From Cyanidioschyzon merolae (Eukaryota), in NCBI GenBank assembly GCA_000091205.1, contig AP006494.2: a stretch of DNA of 64,000 nt; one strand, written 5' to 3'. Each line of letters starts with the position of its first letter. Position 1 is the stretch's first letter. A model generated the notes under the pieces. That model searched no databases and was not told where the DNA came from. It saw only the letters and a list, made by a program, of their open reading frames with translations. This document shows positions 52,890 through 64,000 of the stretch, piece by piece. The translations under genes were made by a program, and so were the position numbers.

Positions 52890-55049
52890 ATGCTGCCTCC
52901 GGTGGCGTTTCTGCCCCAGCCGGTACGGCCTGGGACCCGTTCCAAACGCAAGCCAGAAGCCAGAGTCAAACGGCAGAAACGCGCACTTCGCCGTCGAGTG
53001 CCTTGCCAGAGTTCCTTGACGCCCAGCCGCAGTCAGGCCCCGAAAGCACTGTTTCCGGGTGACGTCGAGGCGTGGTTACGCGCTGCCGCCAAACGCCGTC
53101 AAAGGCTACAGTCTCCAGACAGCGGTGTTTTGCTGGTGCTCGCGGCGCTCGTCGGCGCAGGTACTGGCCTTGGTGTGACACTCTTCAAGACCGCGATTCG
53201 TGGCGTCTCGGATTTTGGGTACGGTGACACGGTGGCCGGCGCACTGCTACCGTTCGTCGGGTCCTTGAACTTGATCGCGGTGCCTACCATGGGTGGTGCT
53301 TGTGTCAGCTTCCTGAAACTAAGATTCGGAGCGCTAGACGGAGGTATTGAGGCCATGCTTCGATCCATGGAGAAGAATGAACGGTTCCAGAGCGCCGGTG
53401 CAATTGTTAAAGCCATAGCAGCTGTGTTCACGCTCGGGAGCGGATGTTCGCTGGGTCCAGAAGGCCCCTCTGTGGAAATCGGGGCATCAGTGGCGCGTCT
53501 CATTCCGCAATGGGCGAGTGAAAGACTACAATGGCGGCTCTCTAGTGAGCGACTGCGTCAGCTTTTCGCTTGTGGATGTGCAGCGGGCGTTGCGGCAGGT
53601 TTCAACGCTCCGTTCGCCGGGGTACTCTTCGCGAACGAAATCGCGCAGCGAGCGGGCGGGAATCACACTGAATCTGGCACTGGGGCAAGTACAACGCCGG
53701 CTTTGCTCGTGGCGTCGGCGTTGAGCTCGCTCGTTGCGAGACTGGGTCTCGGCGAGCGCCCGGCTTTCTCGATACCGAACTATGACCTGCGGAATCCGTT
53801 GCTCGAGCTTCCACTTTATCTGGGATTGGGATTCTTGGCGGGGCTGGCGAGCCTCGGGTTTCGGAAAGCGCTCCTGCTGGGTCAAAACCTTTACCAATGC
53901 ACAGGATTGCGACGGATTCCCGTTGCCTGGCGACCGCTTTGTGGTGGTCTCCTCAACGGCATGGTTGGCTTCGTCTTTCCGCAGATTCTCTTTTTTGGCT
54001 ACGACATGCTGGACGCTCTGTTAGCGGATACGAATTTCAGCATTCCGCTCCTGGCTGGCTTGCTGTTCCTGAAGCCCCTCATGACTGCCGCGAGTCTCGG
54101 CAGTGGCCTTGTGGGCGGGACTTTTGCGCCCGCTCTCTTCGTTGGTGCGAATCTGGGGGCCCTCTACTGCAAATCCATCGAATGCGCGGGCAACGCGCTC
54201 CTTGCGATTGTCTTCAAGACTTTGGGTGCAACAACGGCCACTGCACTGTCCGGTTCGATCCCGATTGCGGGGCCTCCAGCGTATGCCATGGTTGGCATGG
54301 CGGCAGTCCTAGCGGGAATGTTTCGTGCACCACTCACCGGGTGCTTGCTGCTGTTCGAGATGACCCGAGACTATCGTATCATTCTGCCTTTAATGGCGGG
54401 TGTCGGCGTCAGCACCTGGATCGCGGATGACACCAGGCAACAGGTCCGAGCTTCTCCATCCGCCTATGCAACGAAGCGAAACGAAGGCCCTTCGCCGCTC
54501 TACCTGGGGCTGCGTCCAGATGCCGAGTTTCGCTCCGTGGCAGCTTGCCTCAGCGTGCGCGATGGACTCTCACCGCTCAAACCGGTCTTCCTCGATGCGC
54601 AATGCAGCGTGTCGGTTGCACTGGAACGCTTCCGACCGCTGGAGCACGGGTGCATTCTAGTGACGACCACAATGCCGGTGGAACAGATTCAGGGGCTCGT
54701 TACCGTTCGGGATTTACTTCGGGCCAAGAGCGAGTTCGGCGCTCTGCAGGGCATCACTCTGGGTGAGATTTGCTCGACTGATTTCGAAAGCATCTCGCTA
54801 GAGGAACCACTTGTGCGGGCTCTGGAAATTCTTGAATCCAATTCAGCGCCGCTTCTGCCAGTTGTGGTCGGCACGACTACCGAGGAACGCGGGAGAAGCG
54901 AGCAACCTAATGGCGCCTATGAAAGTCCAAGTCGAATGAAGATTTCACCCTCGATGGTTTGTGGTTTTGTAGATCTGACCAGCATTGAGCGAGCGGTGCA
55001 GTTTTCTCGTCTGCAGATGGCGGCTCGCGAACCCGATGGACCAAGTTAA
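52890..55049 (+). CDS. CLC: CLC-family chloride channel / Cl-/H+ antiporter with a C-terminal CBS-domain pair, 719 aa.
   Basis: The selectivity-filter motifs are GSGCSLGPEGPSVEIG (GSGIP / GxEGP) and GGTFAPALFVG (GxFxP). There are many hydrophobic helices. The C-terminal VTVRDLLRA region is CBS-like. Confidence 0.9.
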   Translation: MLPPVAFLPQPVRPGTRSKRKPEARVKRQKRALRRRVPCQSSLTPSRSQAPKALFPGDVEAWLRAAAKRRQRLQSPDSGVLLVLAALVGAGTGLGVTLFKTAIRGVSDFGYGDTVAGALLPFVGSLNLIAVPTMGGACVSFLKLRFGALDGGIEAMLRSMEKNERFQSAGAIVKAIAAVFTLGSGCSLGPEGPSVEIGASVARLIPQWASERLQWRLSSERLRQLFACGCAAGVAAGFNAPFAGVLFANEIAQRAGGNHTESGTGASTTPALLVASALSSLVARLGLGERPAFSIPNYDLRNPLLELPLYLGLGFLAGLASLGFRKALLLGQNLYQCTGLRRIPVAWRPLCGGLLNGMVGFVFPQILFFGYDMLDALLADTNFSIPLLAGLLFLKPLMTAASLGSGLVGGTFAPALFVGANLGALYCKSIECAGNALLAIVFKTLGATTATALSGSIPIAGPPAYAMVGMAAVLAGMFRAPLTGCLLLFEMTRDYRIILPLMAGVGVSTWIADDTRQQVRASPSAYATKRNEGPSPLYLGLRPDAEFRSVAACLSVRDGLSPLKPVFLDAQCSVSVALERFRPLEHGCILVTTTMPVEQIQGLVTVRDLLRAKSEFGALQGITLGEICSTDFESISLEEPLVRALEILESNSAPLLPVVVGTTTEERGRSEQPNGAYESPSRMKISPSMVCGFVDLTSIERAVQFSRLQMAAREPDGPS

Positions 55050-56115
55050 TTACTTAGAGGCAATGCACAGGCAAACCGCGCTAGTTCGCTTGCTGGGGTA
55101 GCAAGCGATGAAGCGCTCCCGCCCCGCGACTGCCGCGTGCTGTACGCTATCGATAGCTGACTTTGGCACCAGGGGTGTCCGCCGCGCCTCTCGAGGCGGA
55201 CGCTACCGCTACTGCGATAAGAACACAGATTACCGTGATGATGCACTCTGTCGTGCGGTGGTTTGATCGGTATCGCATATTGGCGGAAACCAGCAGTCGT
55301 GGCTGCAGTGCTCGTTCCCGCGCATACATAGGCATGAGGCTGGATCTTGCGGCACAAACAGAGCGGCGGAAACTGAGCGTTCCGTGCCGAATACACCATG
55401 CCAGGATCCCTGTATCGATGACGGTTGCTCCATGAAGGCAATTTGTCATGATGGAATCACAAACACTAGGATCGATTTCTTGCGCCAACTATGAATTCCG
55501 TGACTGGATAGACTGGGGCAAACCCGGATCGATCGCGTAGGACACCCGATTCGTTCGTTGTTGTGACGTTGTCATGCTTTCTTCCTGGATTTGCGTGTGT
55601 GAGAGAGAGAGGGCACTCACCCATGAGCACGCTCTTGCTCTGCACTGAGCACGAGTACGGACCAGTGTTTGCGATGATTTAGGCTATGCCAACATTCGCA
55701 TCTATATCGACGGCAGCATCAGTTGGTCCCAGTTGCGCCTATCTACCCAGGGCATGCCGAAGAAAAGCCGCTATGGAGTGCGAAACGCCCTGATGACGTC
55801 ACCAGTGAGGCGGATGGTCTACGCGAATCCGCCGCACGGGTAGGTGATCGTGTTCACGAGCATCACATTGACCTCTGTGATCAAGTCAATCCATTTGTTG
55901 GCGGTTCCTGGAAAAACTTTTGCATGATTCAAAATCTCCAGATGCAAAAGAGCTTGGAAAGCGCACGCTCGTGATGCGAGCAGCATGTGCAGAGCACGCC
56001 TCGACGAAGAGCATCCACGGGCGCTAACCTGAAATCGCGCAGTAAACTCTCTGGGGAACGTTCACAAACAGACACGTACACACAGGTGTCAGTAGAAGCT
56101 CGCATACCCATTGCT

Positions 56116-57816
56116 TCACGAAGACTGCAGTGCACCGTGCAAACGTGCTGCCCGTTCGTTCGTGTTCACGAGTTCGGCAAGCTGCGATGCATGTGCTTTC
56201 AAGGGCGGAAATATCTGCTCGGGAAACAGTTTCGAGAGCACCAGTACCTGGTGCAGAAACTCGTGTCGTTGCCGCTGGGTATGGGCATCGCTCGCGTGCC
56301 ACGGAGCCTCGCGTAGTATATGCTGGAACCATTCTCGAATCCGTTCCGTTTCACCGTGCTGTTGCCAATGCTTGCACACTTCTATACACAGCGCGCCCAT
56401 GCGGGGTGAGTTCCTATAGTCACAGAGCAGACTCAAGCCGTGCGTGTGAACCAGTTGGAATAGCGCCGGGGCGATGACCGCCAACATCTCTTCTCGTCGG
56501 GTTTGCGGGTCCTTCTTTGGGCGGTGTACCTCTTGATCGCTTCTATATGGATTCCAAACCATCCTATAGAATACGGGATGGAAATAGCGAGTGGTTTCAC
56601 CGGCTAAAAGAAAAAGCAAAGCTACATGTGCGTAAATCAAAGCCGGAGTGCCGCTGTTTTGCGCGGCAGCAAAAAGCGCATCGAAATAGGGTATCATTGG
56701 GCGAACGAGTGTCTTGCTCAACATGACCGTATCATCTGTCCAGGCCAAGAGCGTCAGAATAACCCTATGGCCGTACTTGTTGGTCCAGACCTCGGATAGA
56801 ACTTCGCGAAATGATTTCGCACACTCTTTCCGCAACTTCGCGTCGCCCAGTTGAACCATTTGCATGAGCGCAAGACTCCCGTTATTGGTGTGATATAGAT
56901 AGAGCGCCCGTGTGGCGAGTTCCTGGCCCAGCTCCTGTTTCTCCGAAAATGGCACTCGCGACGAAGAGAGCATCGTCCATATTAAATCATGGACGAGGGC
57001 ATTGGATAGTGCCCGTGGCTTGTCCAGTATTTGTTCCACCTGCCGACGACAGCACGCCACAAGTCTCTGATGGAACGGCTCTTCCACGAACCCAAGAAGT
57101 TGATCAAGGGCGTTATCCCCGCTGCGCACTTCTTGATCGCGGGATCCGACCAAAAGTTGGTGCAATCCCCGGTCCCGTTCAAGCAGCATGTGCATGAGCA
57201 TAGAGGTTCTTTCGCGTCCATTGGCTATGGTTTGGTAGACGTGGTCCACCCAGTCTGCGCCGTCCTGCGTCATGGCCAGCCGAACAAGTGTCTCGCGCAG
57301 GGCAGCGATCAACGCTCGTCGCTGCTCCCCAGTCGCATACTGGAACAGCGCCTGGACAACGTGCCGACCGTATCGTGTTTCGGGTAGGCGTTGCAGGCTG
57401 GGCTCTAGTGCGTTCCAGATGCGACTCCGCTGCTCGCTCGATCCGTGCTTGAGGGCAATCTCCACCACTCGGGAGATATCGTGTCGACGTGCATACAGGC
57501 CCAGTTTCGGCTCAAGCTGAGCAAGCACTTGGTCGATCAGGTGCTGCTTCCGTTCCAGCGGCGTTGCCTTTTGCCGAAGCTCCTCGAACAGCAGCATGAC
57601 GTTGGCGCTGGGGTCATCCAACGCGTCCCTCTGCACTTTCGCTGAGCTCTGCACAGCTTGAGCCTGCTTTAATTTGCTCATAGCAGCGCCAAGCTTGCGC
57701 TTCTGCGATTTTTTCAGGACAGTTGCAGCATCCTGCTGCCTAACATGTCGTGTCGGACTGGCGACTCTCGTCATTGACCTGGATGAGCACTGAACAGACT
57801 CCAGATGCAGCGCCAA
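56116..57816 (-). CDS. Pumilio-family RNA-binding protein of the Puf-A/PUM3 (Puf6-like, nucleolar) type, 566 aa.
   Basis: The translation shows repeated helical units containing YGRHVVQALFQ and YGHRVILTLL. These match the pumilio repeat core (FGNYVIQKFFE-like) and the long-spacing repeats of Puf-A. The N-terminal region is basic. Confidence 0.6.
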   Translation of the reverse strand: MALHLESVQCSSRSMTRVASPTRHVRQQDAATVLKKSQKRKLGAAMSKLKQAQAVQSSAKVQRDALDDPSANVMLLFEELRQKATPLERKQHLIDQVLAQLEPKLGLYARRHDISRVVEIALKHGSSEQRSRIWNALEPSLQRLPETRYGRHVVQALFQYATGEQRRALIAALRETLVRLAMTQDGADWVDHVYQTIANGRERTSMLMHMLLERDRGLHQLLVGSRDQEVRSGDNALDQLLGFVEEPFHQRLVACCRRQVEQILDKPRALSNALVHDLIWTMLSSSRVPFSEKQELGQELATRALYLYHTNNGSLALMQMVQLGDAKLRKECAKSFREVLSEVWTNKYGHRVILTLLAWTDDTVMLSKTLVRPMIPYFDALFAAAQNSGTPALIYAHVALLFLLAGETTRYFHPVFYRMVWNPYRSDQEVHRPKKDPQTRREEMLAVIAPALFQLVHTHGLSLLCDYRNSPRMGALCIEVCKHWQQHGETERIREWFQHILREAPWHASDAHTQRQRHEFLHQVLVLSKLFPEQIFPPLKAHASQLAELVNTNERAARLHGALQSS

Positions 57817-58840
57817 GCTCTGGGTACTCTAGAGCCGCGCTCCGCTACGTTCAGAGTGAGTCTGAGACCACTGAAACTGACCAGACCACTACGCGTGTAC
57901 GACTGATCTCAGAAACAAGGGAAGAGATAGCGGATCCTCACGAAATATAACGCTGCCCCAACGCTGGAGTTTACGCCTTTCCTACGTAGTCCTGGAATAG
58001 CACGCTCGCACGTCTACCCAAGCCTGGACTCGATACGCTGCGACAGCGTCATGCGACGCCGAATGTGCCGCACGCTGCTGCGCACCGCAGCGTCAAAGCC
58101 CGAAGGGTTCCCCGGCAAACACCAGTGGCAGGGCAATGATAGGTTATGTATTTCAATCAAGTGCTGCAGGTTGCGCTTTGATGCGATAGAGCAGCGTCTG
58201 AAGCTGCAGTATATGGAAGAGTCCTCGTCTTGGGTGTGACGCAAGTTTGGGATTGTACGGCAGGTCAGGGTACGGGAAACTGTACCTTCCACGTGACGCA
58301 TGCACTGCGTGACGACCTCATGACCACTTGACACTCAAGGTCTGCCTCGAATGCGTGGCGAGCGCTGTGAACCTGCTTCCAGGCTTGCACCTTGTCTAGC
58401 AGGCTGTTCGTCGAGGAGCTGTTGCGCTGAGCAGTACCAGCGGGCACAGTTGCAGCGTTTTCGGTGCTATCTGGTCTGTGAGCGAGCGCAGGCCTTGGAA
58501 GAATAGCCGCTAGCCGCAAAAGAGTAACGTGATGGGTTTGTCGAAGCCTCACTGGCACGTGGATGCTATTCGGGCGGTAACGTGCACCCGAGTATCTTTT
58601 TTCGCGTTTTACAACAACGCATGATAGTGCGTGTGCTGGTGTCATGTGCAGACTTCCCAGAGGTCTACGCATCCAGCAACCTCGGTGGCATCGGGCGCTT
58701 GTATTCTTCAGCGGAGCACGAGATTCGTTTGCCTATTCATGAGCGCGACGCTGCGTCGAAGACAGCTTCGGTCGCTGAAAACGCATATGGAGAACGCGTT
58801 CTCTATCGCTCCACACACTGCCGCTGTCGGGGGACACCCA

Positions 58841-58857
58841 GAGAGAGAGAGAGAGAG
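58841..58857. repeat. (GA)8-9 microsatellite in the spacer between the Puf and MED14 genes. A shorter (GA)5 lies at 55601-55611.
   Basis: Directly visible as gagagagagagagagag. Confidence 0.9.
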
Positions 58858-58999
58858 CGTCGGCCAACGCGCCTTGTGCACTCGATATTCCGCGCAGGTT
58901 TGCTACCGAGCACGAGTCACCCGAGAGCGACATCTCGCCAAGGAAAACGGATCTGTCGCATGTTCGCATCCAGACGAAAGCGTTTTGCGCCGACGATCC

Positions 59000-61900
59000 T
59001 CACACTAGGGTGCTTGTTGGTAGCAGCATCCTAAGCACTTGCTCTAGCTCACCGAGCGGCACCCTGAAGCTGGAGTCATCAGAGCTTGTTCCTGTACGCT
59101 GCGTCCAGGTATCGGAGACGTGCCGCCAGTGCGGTAACGGGGCAACAGGCGCTGCGCCTGAGCTTCGGGCGGCCTGCGCTCCAACATCGGTGATCCGAAC
59201 AAGGCCGTTGCCCTCTTTTGCGTCGAGCTCTAACACATAATGGGCCGTTGACGCTGGCCGACTCGAAGCGTTACCAGCAACAAAGGCCACCCGGAGTCGC
59301 AAGGCCGACAGAAACCGATAGCGTGCCGCGAGTCCGTGAAAAGCTGCCGCTGCCGCCAGCGCTAGCGGCAGGGTTCGCTCCAACAGCCCATAGAGCACGG
59401 TATAGCAAGGCTGCGCGTTCAACACCTGCTCCACAATGCGAATCGCAAACTCTGGTGCACTGCGCGAGTGACGAAACGCTACCATGTAACCGTGTGGTTG
59501 GGTATCACAGCGGTACGTTATGACAAGTTGCACCTCAGTGCCGAGCCGAACCAAAAACCGTGCCGGACATAAGCGCTCCAGACGGGAGAAGCTCCCAGTT
59601 CGGCGGATCGGCATGCGCTGGAGACTCGAGTCTCGCAACAGCATCGCCATCTTTGCGGCTCGAGTTAGGTCCCAGCGTGAGCGCTGCACATATGCTGCAG
59701 TTGCCTGTGGATACTGCAAGATCAGGTGACGTCTTCGTTCTGGATCTGCCACTGCTGCCGAGCGCTGTGCCTGTGCAGGCACCTGAGCGGAGGACCCAGC
59801 ACCAGGCGAGCTGACCGGCGACTCCGTCACGATCATCCGCACATCGAGGTATTCGCCGTCAACGGCCGAGGTATCAAGACAACAATCAAACAAATCGGGG
59901 GCAATATCGACCTCCAGACTCCAGGGAGATCGTTTCAGGGAAGCTACCTCGAGATGTAACCAGCTCGCTTGGATTTCCAGGACATCCAATGACTTGAGCG
60001 AAACCGGTACGGAGAGACGGTCAACGTGACCTCGAACCAAGGCCAACGCCCCAGACCAGGTCGTGCTGTCTATAGCGACGGTATTGGCTAGTACTCCTTG
60101 CTCTAGCAGCGTTGTGGTTAGGAACTCTAAGCGTCGAAGCGTATCGACAACGTAAGCCATTATTCGGATGCTTTTCGCACGCACCGTTTCTGCAGTGTCG
60201 TGCTCGAGCAGCGCTGCAAGCACCCTATGGACCGGGACAAAATAGGATCCGGAAGTGAGTTTGAGAGCCAGTTGTGAACGAGTCGCCTCGGGCAAGAGAT
60301 ACACGAGAAATGGCACCTGCTTATGTAGCTGCGCGACAACCCACACCTGATCGTGCAGCGCAGCATGATACAGGGCCTCGAGTCGACTGTGCACTCGACG
60401 ACGCTGTTCGGGGATCGGCAACCACACGGGCCAGGTTTCCGGACGTAACCAGGCCGGCATCGCCGGCTCCATAAAACTTCTCAGATTGCGAATCTGTTCC
60501 AGAACAGATCCACCGTCTATGCTCAGCGCCACGAGACCGTCCGGCTCATGGACTTGTAACCGGAGGGCAATCCCGCTGTCTCCACGAGGAACAAGGCGCA
60601 CGACAGTGGGATGCAGGTGATGCACGACTCCAAAGATGGATCGTTCGGAAACAAGCGCCTGCAAAAGTGCCGTTGAACGCGCTCGACGCGCCGCAGCCAC
60701 AAGCGCAACACCATCGCCTTCGGAGCATACCTCGTGAGGTATGCATTTGTGCACTGGCAACGGCGGTTGATGTTCGACGCGCACATAGCCATAGAGCGGT
60801 ACCTGGAGACGGAGGCTTGGATCCCAGAGCCACTCCGGCGTCGGCGGTACCGTCAGGTGCGTACATTGCAGGGTGATTCCGTACCACCAGCGATTCTCCG
60901 CCATAACGAAAGCATCCGCATTCGGCGGTTTGACGGCGCTAGGCCAGTACAGGATTCGAAAGCGGCCCGGTGAAGCGTCCAGTCTCTGGACCCTAATCGT
61001 CGCAGATGTCGACGAGGTTGCTGTACCCCCCAATGGTGACGCTTTCTGTCTCGAGTTCGTGTTAGAAAGCACCTCTACAGACTTTGCCAATGATGCGATG
61101 CGCAACGGTTCATACAGTTCAACTGAGATGCACGAAACCAAGCACCCGATAAAGTAGCGCGTCTTTGATAGCATATCTGAAAGTTGCTGCTTCCGGCACA
61201 ACAGCTGATAGCGTTCTTCCAGAATACGTGCTGCCAGAGCAGCATACGCTGTACCTTGATCCAGGGTTAGCTTCCAGATGAACCAGTCCCAGTCCGTTGA
61301 CTGCGGAGCGTTGGCGCTCCAGGTCGGCAACGCCACCGTCATACGCTGGGGTCGAAGCCCGACCAGCGCCTCCCACCCCGGCATGGATTGATCCGAAATC
61401 CGTACCAGTGCTTGACGATTATTCCGTTCAAAGTCACGATGGAAACGTAAACGCACATGCATGGTTGCGGATGCCGTTCGGAGCAGCAGGTACGTCCGGT
61501 AGCCTAGGACTTGAATGGCAGGCGCAGCTAGTGCTTGCACATTGCCCGTCCGTAGCCTATGGAGCACCAACGGCAGACGATCATAGCTGCTTGTCGTCGA
61601 AACTGTAGCTGCTGCGTGTATGTCCAGAGCAGAGGCGAAAAGCGGCTCCGAGCGGGTTTGTTGATAGAGTGACCAGAGTACGTCGGCACCGGCACGTTCG
61701 TAGCGGTTAGCGAGCCACTCCGCTGTTATCACACAACGCTGTGCAGTACGCATCGTTGCAAAGTTGTGGTGAAGCCAGCGGCAAAGCGTCAGGAGGCGAA
61801 GAAGACGGTGTCGCTCGCGTTGGGACGTCTCTATAACGAGCACGTTGTTCGCAGCGGCGTCTGTTTCGTTCGGACGCCTTTCTGTGAGGAACTCCACCAG

Positions 61901-62020
61901 ATCTCGCAACGCAACATAGCCAAACTCTGCCACGGACTCACAGAGGGCGAGGAAAGAGACGCTCGGAAAAGCGCCGTCCACCGCTTCGTCAGAGCCGGCA
62001 GGCCCAGCCGAGCTACTCAT
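59000..62020 (-). CDS. MED14: Mediator complex subunit 14 (MED14/RGR1)-like protein, 1006 aa.
   Basis: The N-terminal block VSFLALCESVAEFGYVALRDLVEFLTERRPNETDAAANNVLVIETSQRERHRLLRLLTLCRWLHH follows the MED14 N-terminal pattern (L..li....y..L..l...l........kK..ll.f....r..f.KLLVLvKW). The rest of the protein is not independently recognised. Confidence 0.55.
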   Translation of the reverse strand: MSSSAGPAGSDEAVDGAFPSVSFLALCESVAEFGYVALRDLVEFLTERRPNETDAAANNVLVIETSQRERHRLLRLLTLCRWLHHNFATMRTAQRCVITAEWLANRYERAGADVLWSLYQQTRSEPLFASALDIHAAATVSTTSSYDRLPLVLHRLRTGNVQALAAPAIQVLGYRTYLLLRTASATMHVRLRFHRDFERNNRQALVRISDQSMPGWEALVGLRPQRMTVALPTWSANAPQSTDWDWFIWKLTLDQGTAYAALAARILEERYQLLCRKQQLSDMLSKTRYFIGCLVSCISVELYEPLRIASLAKSVEVLSNTNSRQKASPLGGTATSSTSATIRVQRLDASPGRFRILYWPSAVKPPNADAFVMAENRWWYGITLQCTHLTVPPTPEWLWDPSLRLQVPLYGYVRVEHQPPLPVHKCIPHEVCSEGDGVALVAAARRARSTALLQALVSERSIFGVVHHLHPTVVRLVPRGDSGIALRLQVHEPDGLVALSIDGGSVLEQIRNLRSFMEPAMPAWLRPETWPVWLPIPEQRRRVHSRLEALYHAALHDQVWVVAQLHKQVPFLVYLLPEATRSQLALKLTSGSYFVPVHRVLAALLEHDTAETVRAKSIRIMAYVVDTLRRLEFLTTTLLEQGVLANTVAIDSTTWSGALALVRGHVDRLSVPVSLKSLDVLEIQASWLHLEVASLKRSPWSLEVDIAPDLFDCCLDTSAVDGEYLDVRMIVTESPVSSPGAGSSAQVPAQAQRSAAVADPERRRHLILQYPQATAAYVQRSRWDLTRAAKMAMLLRDSSLQRMPIRRTGSFSRLERLCPARFLVRLGTEVQLVITYRCDTQPHGYMVAFRHSRSAPEFAIRIVEQVLNAQPCYTVLYGLLERTLPLALAAAAAFHGLAARYRFLSALRLRVAFVAGNASSRPASTAHYVLELDAKEGNGLVRITDVGAQAARSSGAAPVAPLPHWRHVSDTWTQRTGTSSDDSSFRVPLGELEQVLRMLLPTSTLV

Positions 62021-64000
62021 GGTCCAGTGATTCCGCAGTGTACTGTAGCGCTCGCTCGTGGTACGTTAGGGGTCCCAGAATGGACTCTGAGACCATTGAT
62101 CAGAGAGTATCCAAGAGATTAATTGAGCACAGAGCGAGCGAGAGCGTTGTGAGCGTGCTGCAGCCCAAACGGCCTCTGATCAGTGCAGTCAGCGACGCTC
62201 TGTTTCGGACTGAAATGGAGCGCTGAACAGCTCGGCCAGTTCGTGGCTGTCGACTTGTTTTCCGAACTTTTTTTATCTAGATAGCTTGGAAATTCAATGG
62301 ATAGCCATGAGTACTTACGCTTTCAGAAGCACATGTCTCTACGCTTCTCGTTTCTGTACATAAAGCATACTAGAATCGGGTATTCTTCAAGGTTCCTCTC
62401 TATCCGTTTCGAGGCAAGTCTTGGTCGCCACATGTCGTAAAGCGGAATGGACTGCGAAACATACTCGATAGCGCTCATTGGCTTCTTGTTCAAGATGTCA
62501 TACCGAGAGTTTGCTGAACCTGTCACGTCATCCTATCGATTCCGTTAGAAAGAAAGAACCCCCCCTTTTCTGTCGCGATCGACGAAACGGCGTTGCACTG
62601 GAGCATCACACTTGTCACTGGAAATGCTCCCAGAAGCTACCGTATCTTCTGTTTGCATGACAAATTCTCCTGAACTAGGACTTGAGTGATCGCATCGATC
62701 GACCAAAGTGGCGCGTGTGGCTCTGTTTTGCACAAACGGAGCATCAATGGATCCAAAGTTCTCGACTTGTTCTCCGGTCTGCGGATTTCCTCCCGGTTCA
62801 TTTCTCATTATGAACAATTTGACGTTTTACAAACCCTCTGTCGAATCGCTGGACGTGCGCTTGCACCTTCATCAGCAGCTCGTGATCATAGCGTACGGTA
62901 CTAGGCACGACAATGAAGCATGGCATCTACGGGAGACTTGTGTGGCAGTCACTGGCATACCCTACGCAATGAAGCATGCGTTCACGCGCCTCTGGGCTGC
63001 GCTTGGAAACGGATATATGGTGGAGATACGCAAAGACCTGACTCCAGTCAAGGCTCGCTGCTACGGAGCGCGCTCCGTGACCGCATACAAAAACGGTGGA
63101 AATGGCACATGAAGCGTCGGTAGAGGCTTCAGCATCTGCATGCAATGCGTAGGAAACAGCGGGATGCAGCGAGCTCGGGACGCGAAGGACATTGTTGATA
63201 TCCTTCCACTGCCGCCAACTGACTTGGAGGGACAGCAGAGCCCGCCCACATTCATAGCCGGATCCACGAGAAGCAAAAGAAAACGTTCACGGGTACGGGC
63301 CGCGCAGTTTGCTGTTCATGATGCTGTGAAGCGACGATGTGTTTAGCGTGTAGGTCCAAGTTAGCGGACTCGTTCTATTTTATTCTTATACGGGTATAGG
63401 GTCCGTATCTTGGCTGTAGAAGCAGCTGCCCGTCTGCAGCAGAACGAAAGCGACTTGTCCACGCGCGCCCAAGACACACAACACGTCTGGAGTATCGTCG
63501 TTGCAGTCGCAAACGGTGTCGTGCCCTGTACACAGTATGCAGGGTGCGCATAAGACGAACTATGGACAAGTGGGACTCAGACCTGCGTGGTTTGCTTCTT
63601 CAGTAGAAAGTGTTGCAGGACTTGGGATCTGCCTGCGTCGAGATTGCAAACGTTTGCACAGAGGCGTCCGGTAGATGCCCTGTTCATACCCAGAAAGGGT
63701 GCCCCTGTACGAGTATACAATGCTTTCGAAAAAATATTTTTATGGACTTGTATGATCTGAGTGCCTCAGATCTAGTTCCGACAGCAGCATTGGAAAAGCT
63801 ACCGCATGTTCCACTGACGCTTGCGTCTTGCAAAGTGGCGTTTGCGGGCGACTCCAGGAGAAACCGCTGGAGCAGCCGCATTCCAGGAACGCCTATCCGT
63901 AACGCTACCGCGCCAGCTGCTGTACTCTCTGGTGAAGATGCAGCGCTGACTGCCTCGTGCAATTTCGAATGAGGGCGCTGCATCGAATACAGTGCCTCAG

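Noticed and set aside
946-62020. Operon or gene-cluster ('system') interpretation of neighbouring genes
   Set aside because: The genes are eukaryotic (Mediator, peroxin, MARCH, LIM) and switch strand repeatedly. Neighbouring genes share no functional theme, and no prokaryotic-style co-transcribed module is evident.

Overview
This window is visibly GC-rich eukaryotic nuclear DNA. It carries long, apparently intron-free ORFs on both strands, separated by AT-richer spacers of 0.4 to 5 kb. I read about 15 protein-coding genes with recognisable families from their translations. On the + strand: a PEX6-type AAA peroxin (946-4239), a LIM-domain protein (20814-23123), an eRF3-type translation GTPase (28185-29753), a DUF815-type P-loop ATPase with an N-terminal extension and a polyacidic tail (31210-34611), an NRAMP metal transporter (37265-39067), a small SANT/Myb-like protein (42682-43281), uracil phosphoribosyltransferase (46895-47620), an ALKBH6-like dioxygenase (50510-51301) and a CLC chloride channel with CBS domains (52890-55049). 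On the - strand: a 1586-aa alpha-helical orphan protein (6396-11156), an AUR1-like inositol-phosphorylceramide synthase (14496-16616), a RING-CH/MARCH E3 ligase (19314-20435), a GNAT acetyltransferase (43722-44816), a Puf-A/PUM3-like pumilio protein (56116-57816) and a Mediator MED14-like protein (59000-62020). Strand switches frequently, so there is no polycistronic or operon organisation. I found no rRNA, tRNA or CRISPR array. The gene-poor stretches are 4.2-6.4 kb, 11.2-14.5 kb, 16.6-19.3 kb, 23.1-28.2 kb, 39.1-42.7 kb and 47.6-50.5 kb. They contain a decayed Tc1/mariner-type transposase fragment, a 12-bp tandem repeat, GA microsatellites, and a short sequence motif that recurs in three separate spacers. 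The gene set (RING-CH, LIM, DUF815, ALKBH6, IPC synthase) and the lack of introns suggest a GC-rich protist such as a stramenopile or oomycete, or possibly a high-GC fungus. I cannot fix the lineage from sequence alone. I see no obvious multi-gene system here. The most unusual items are the architectures of individual genes and the recurring intergenic motif.
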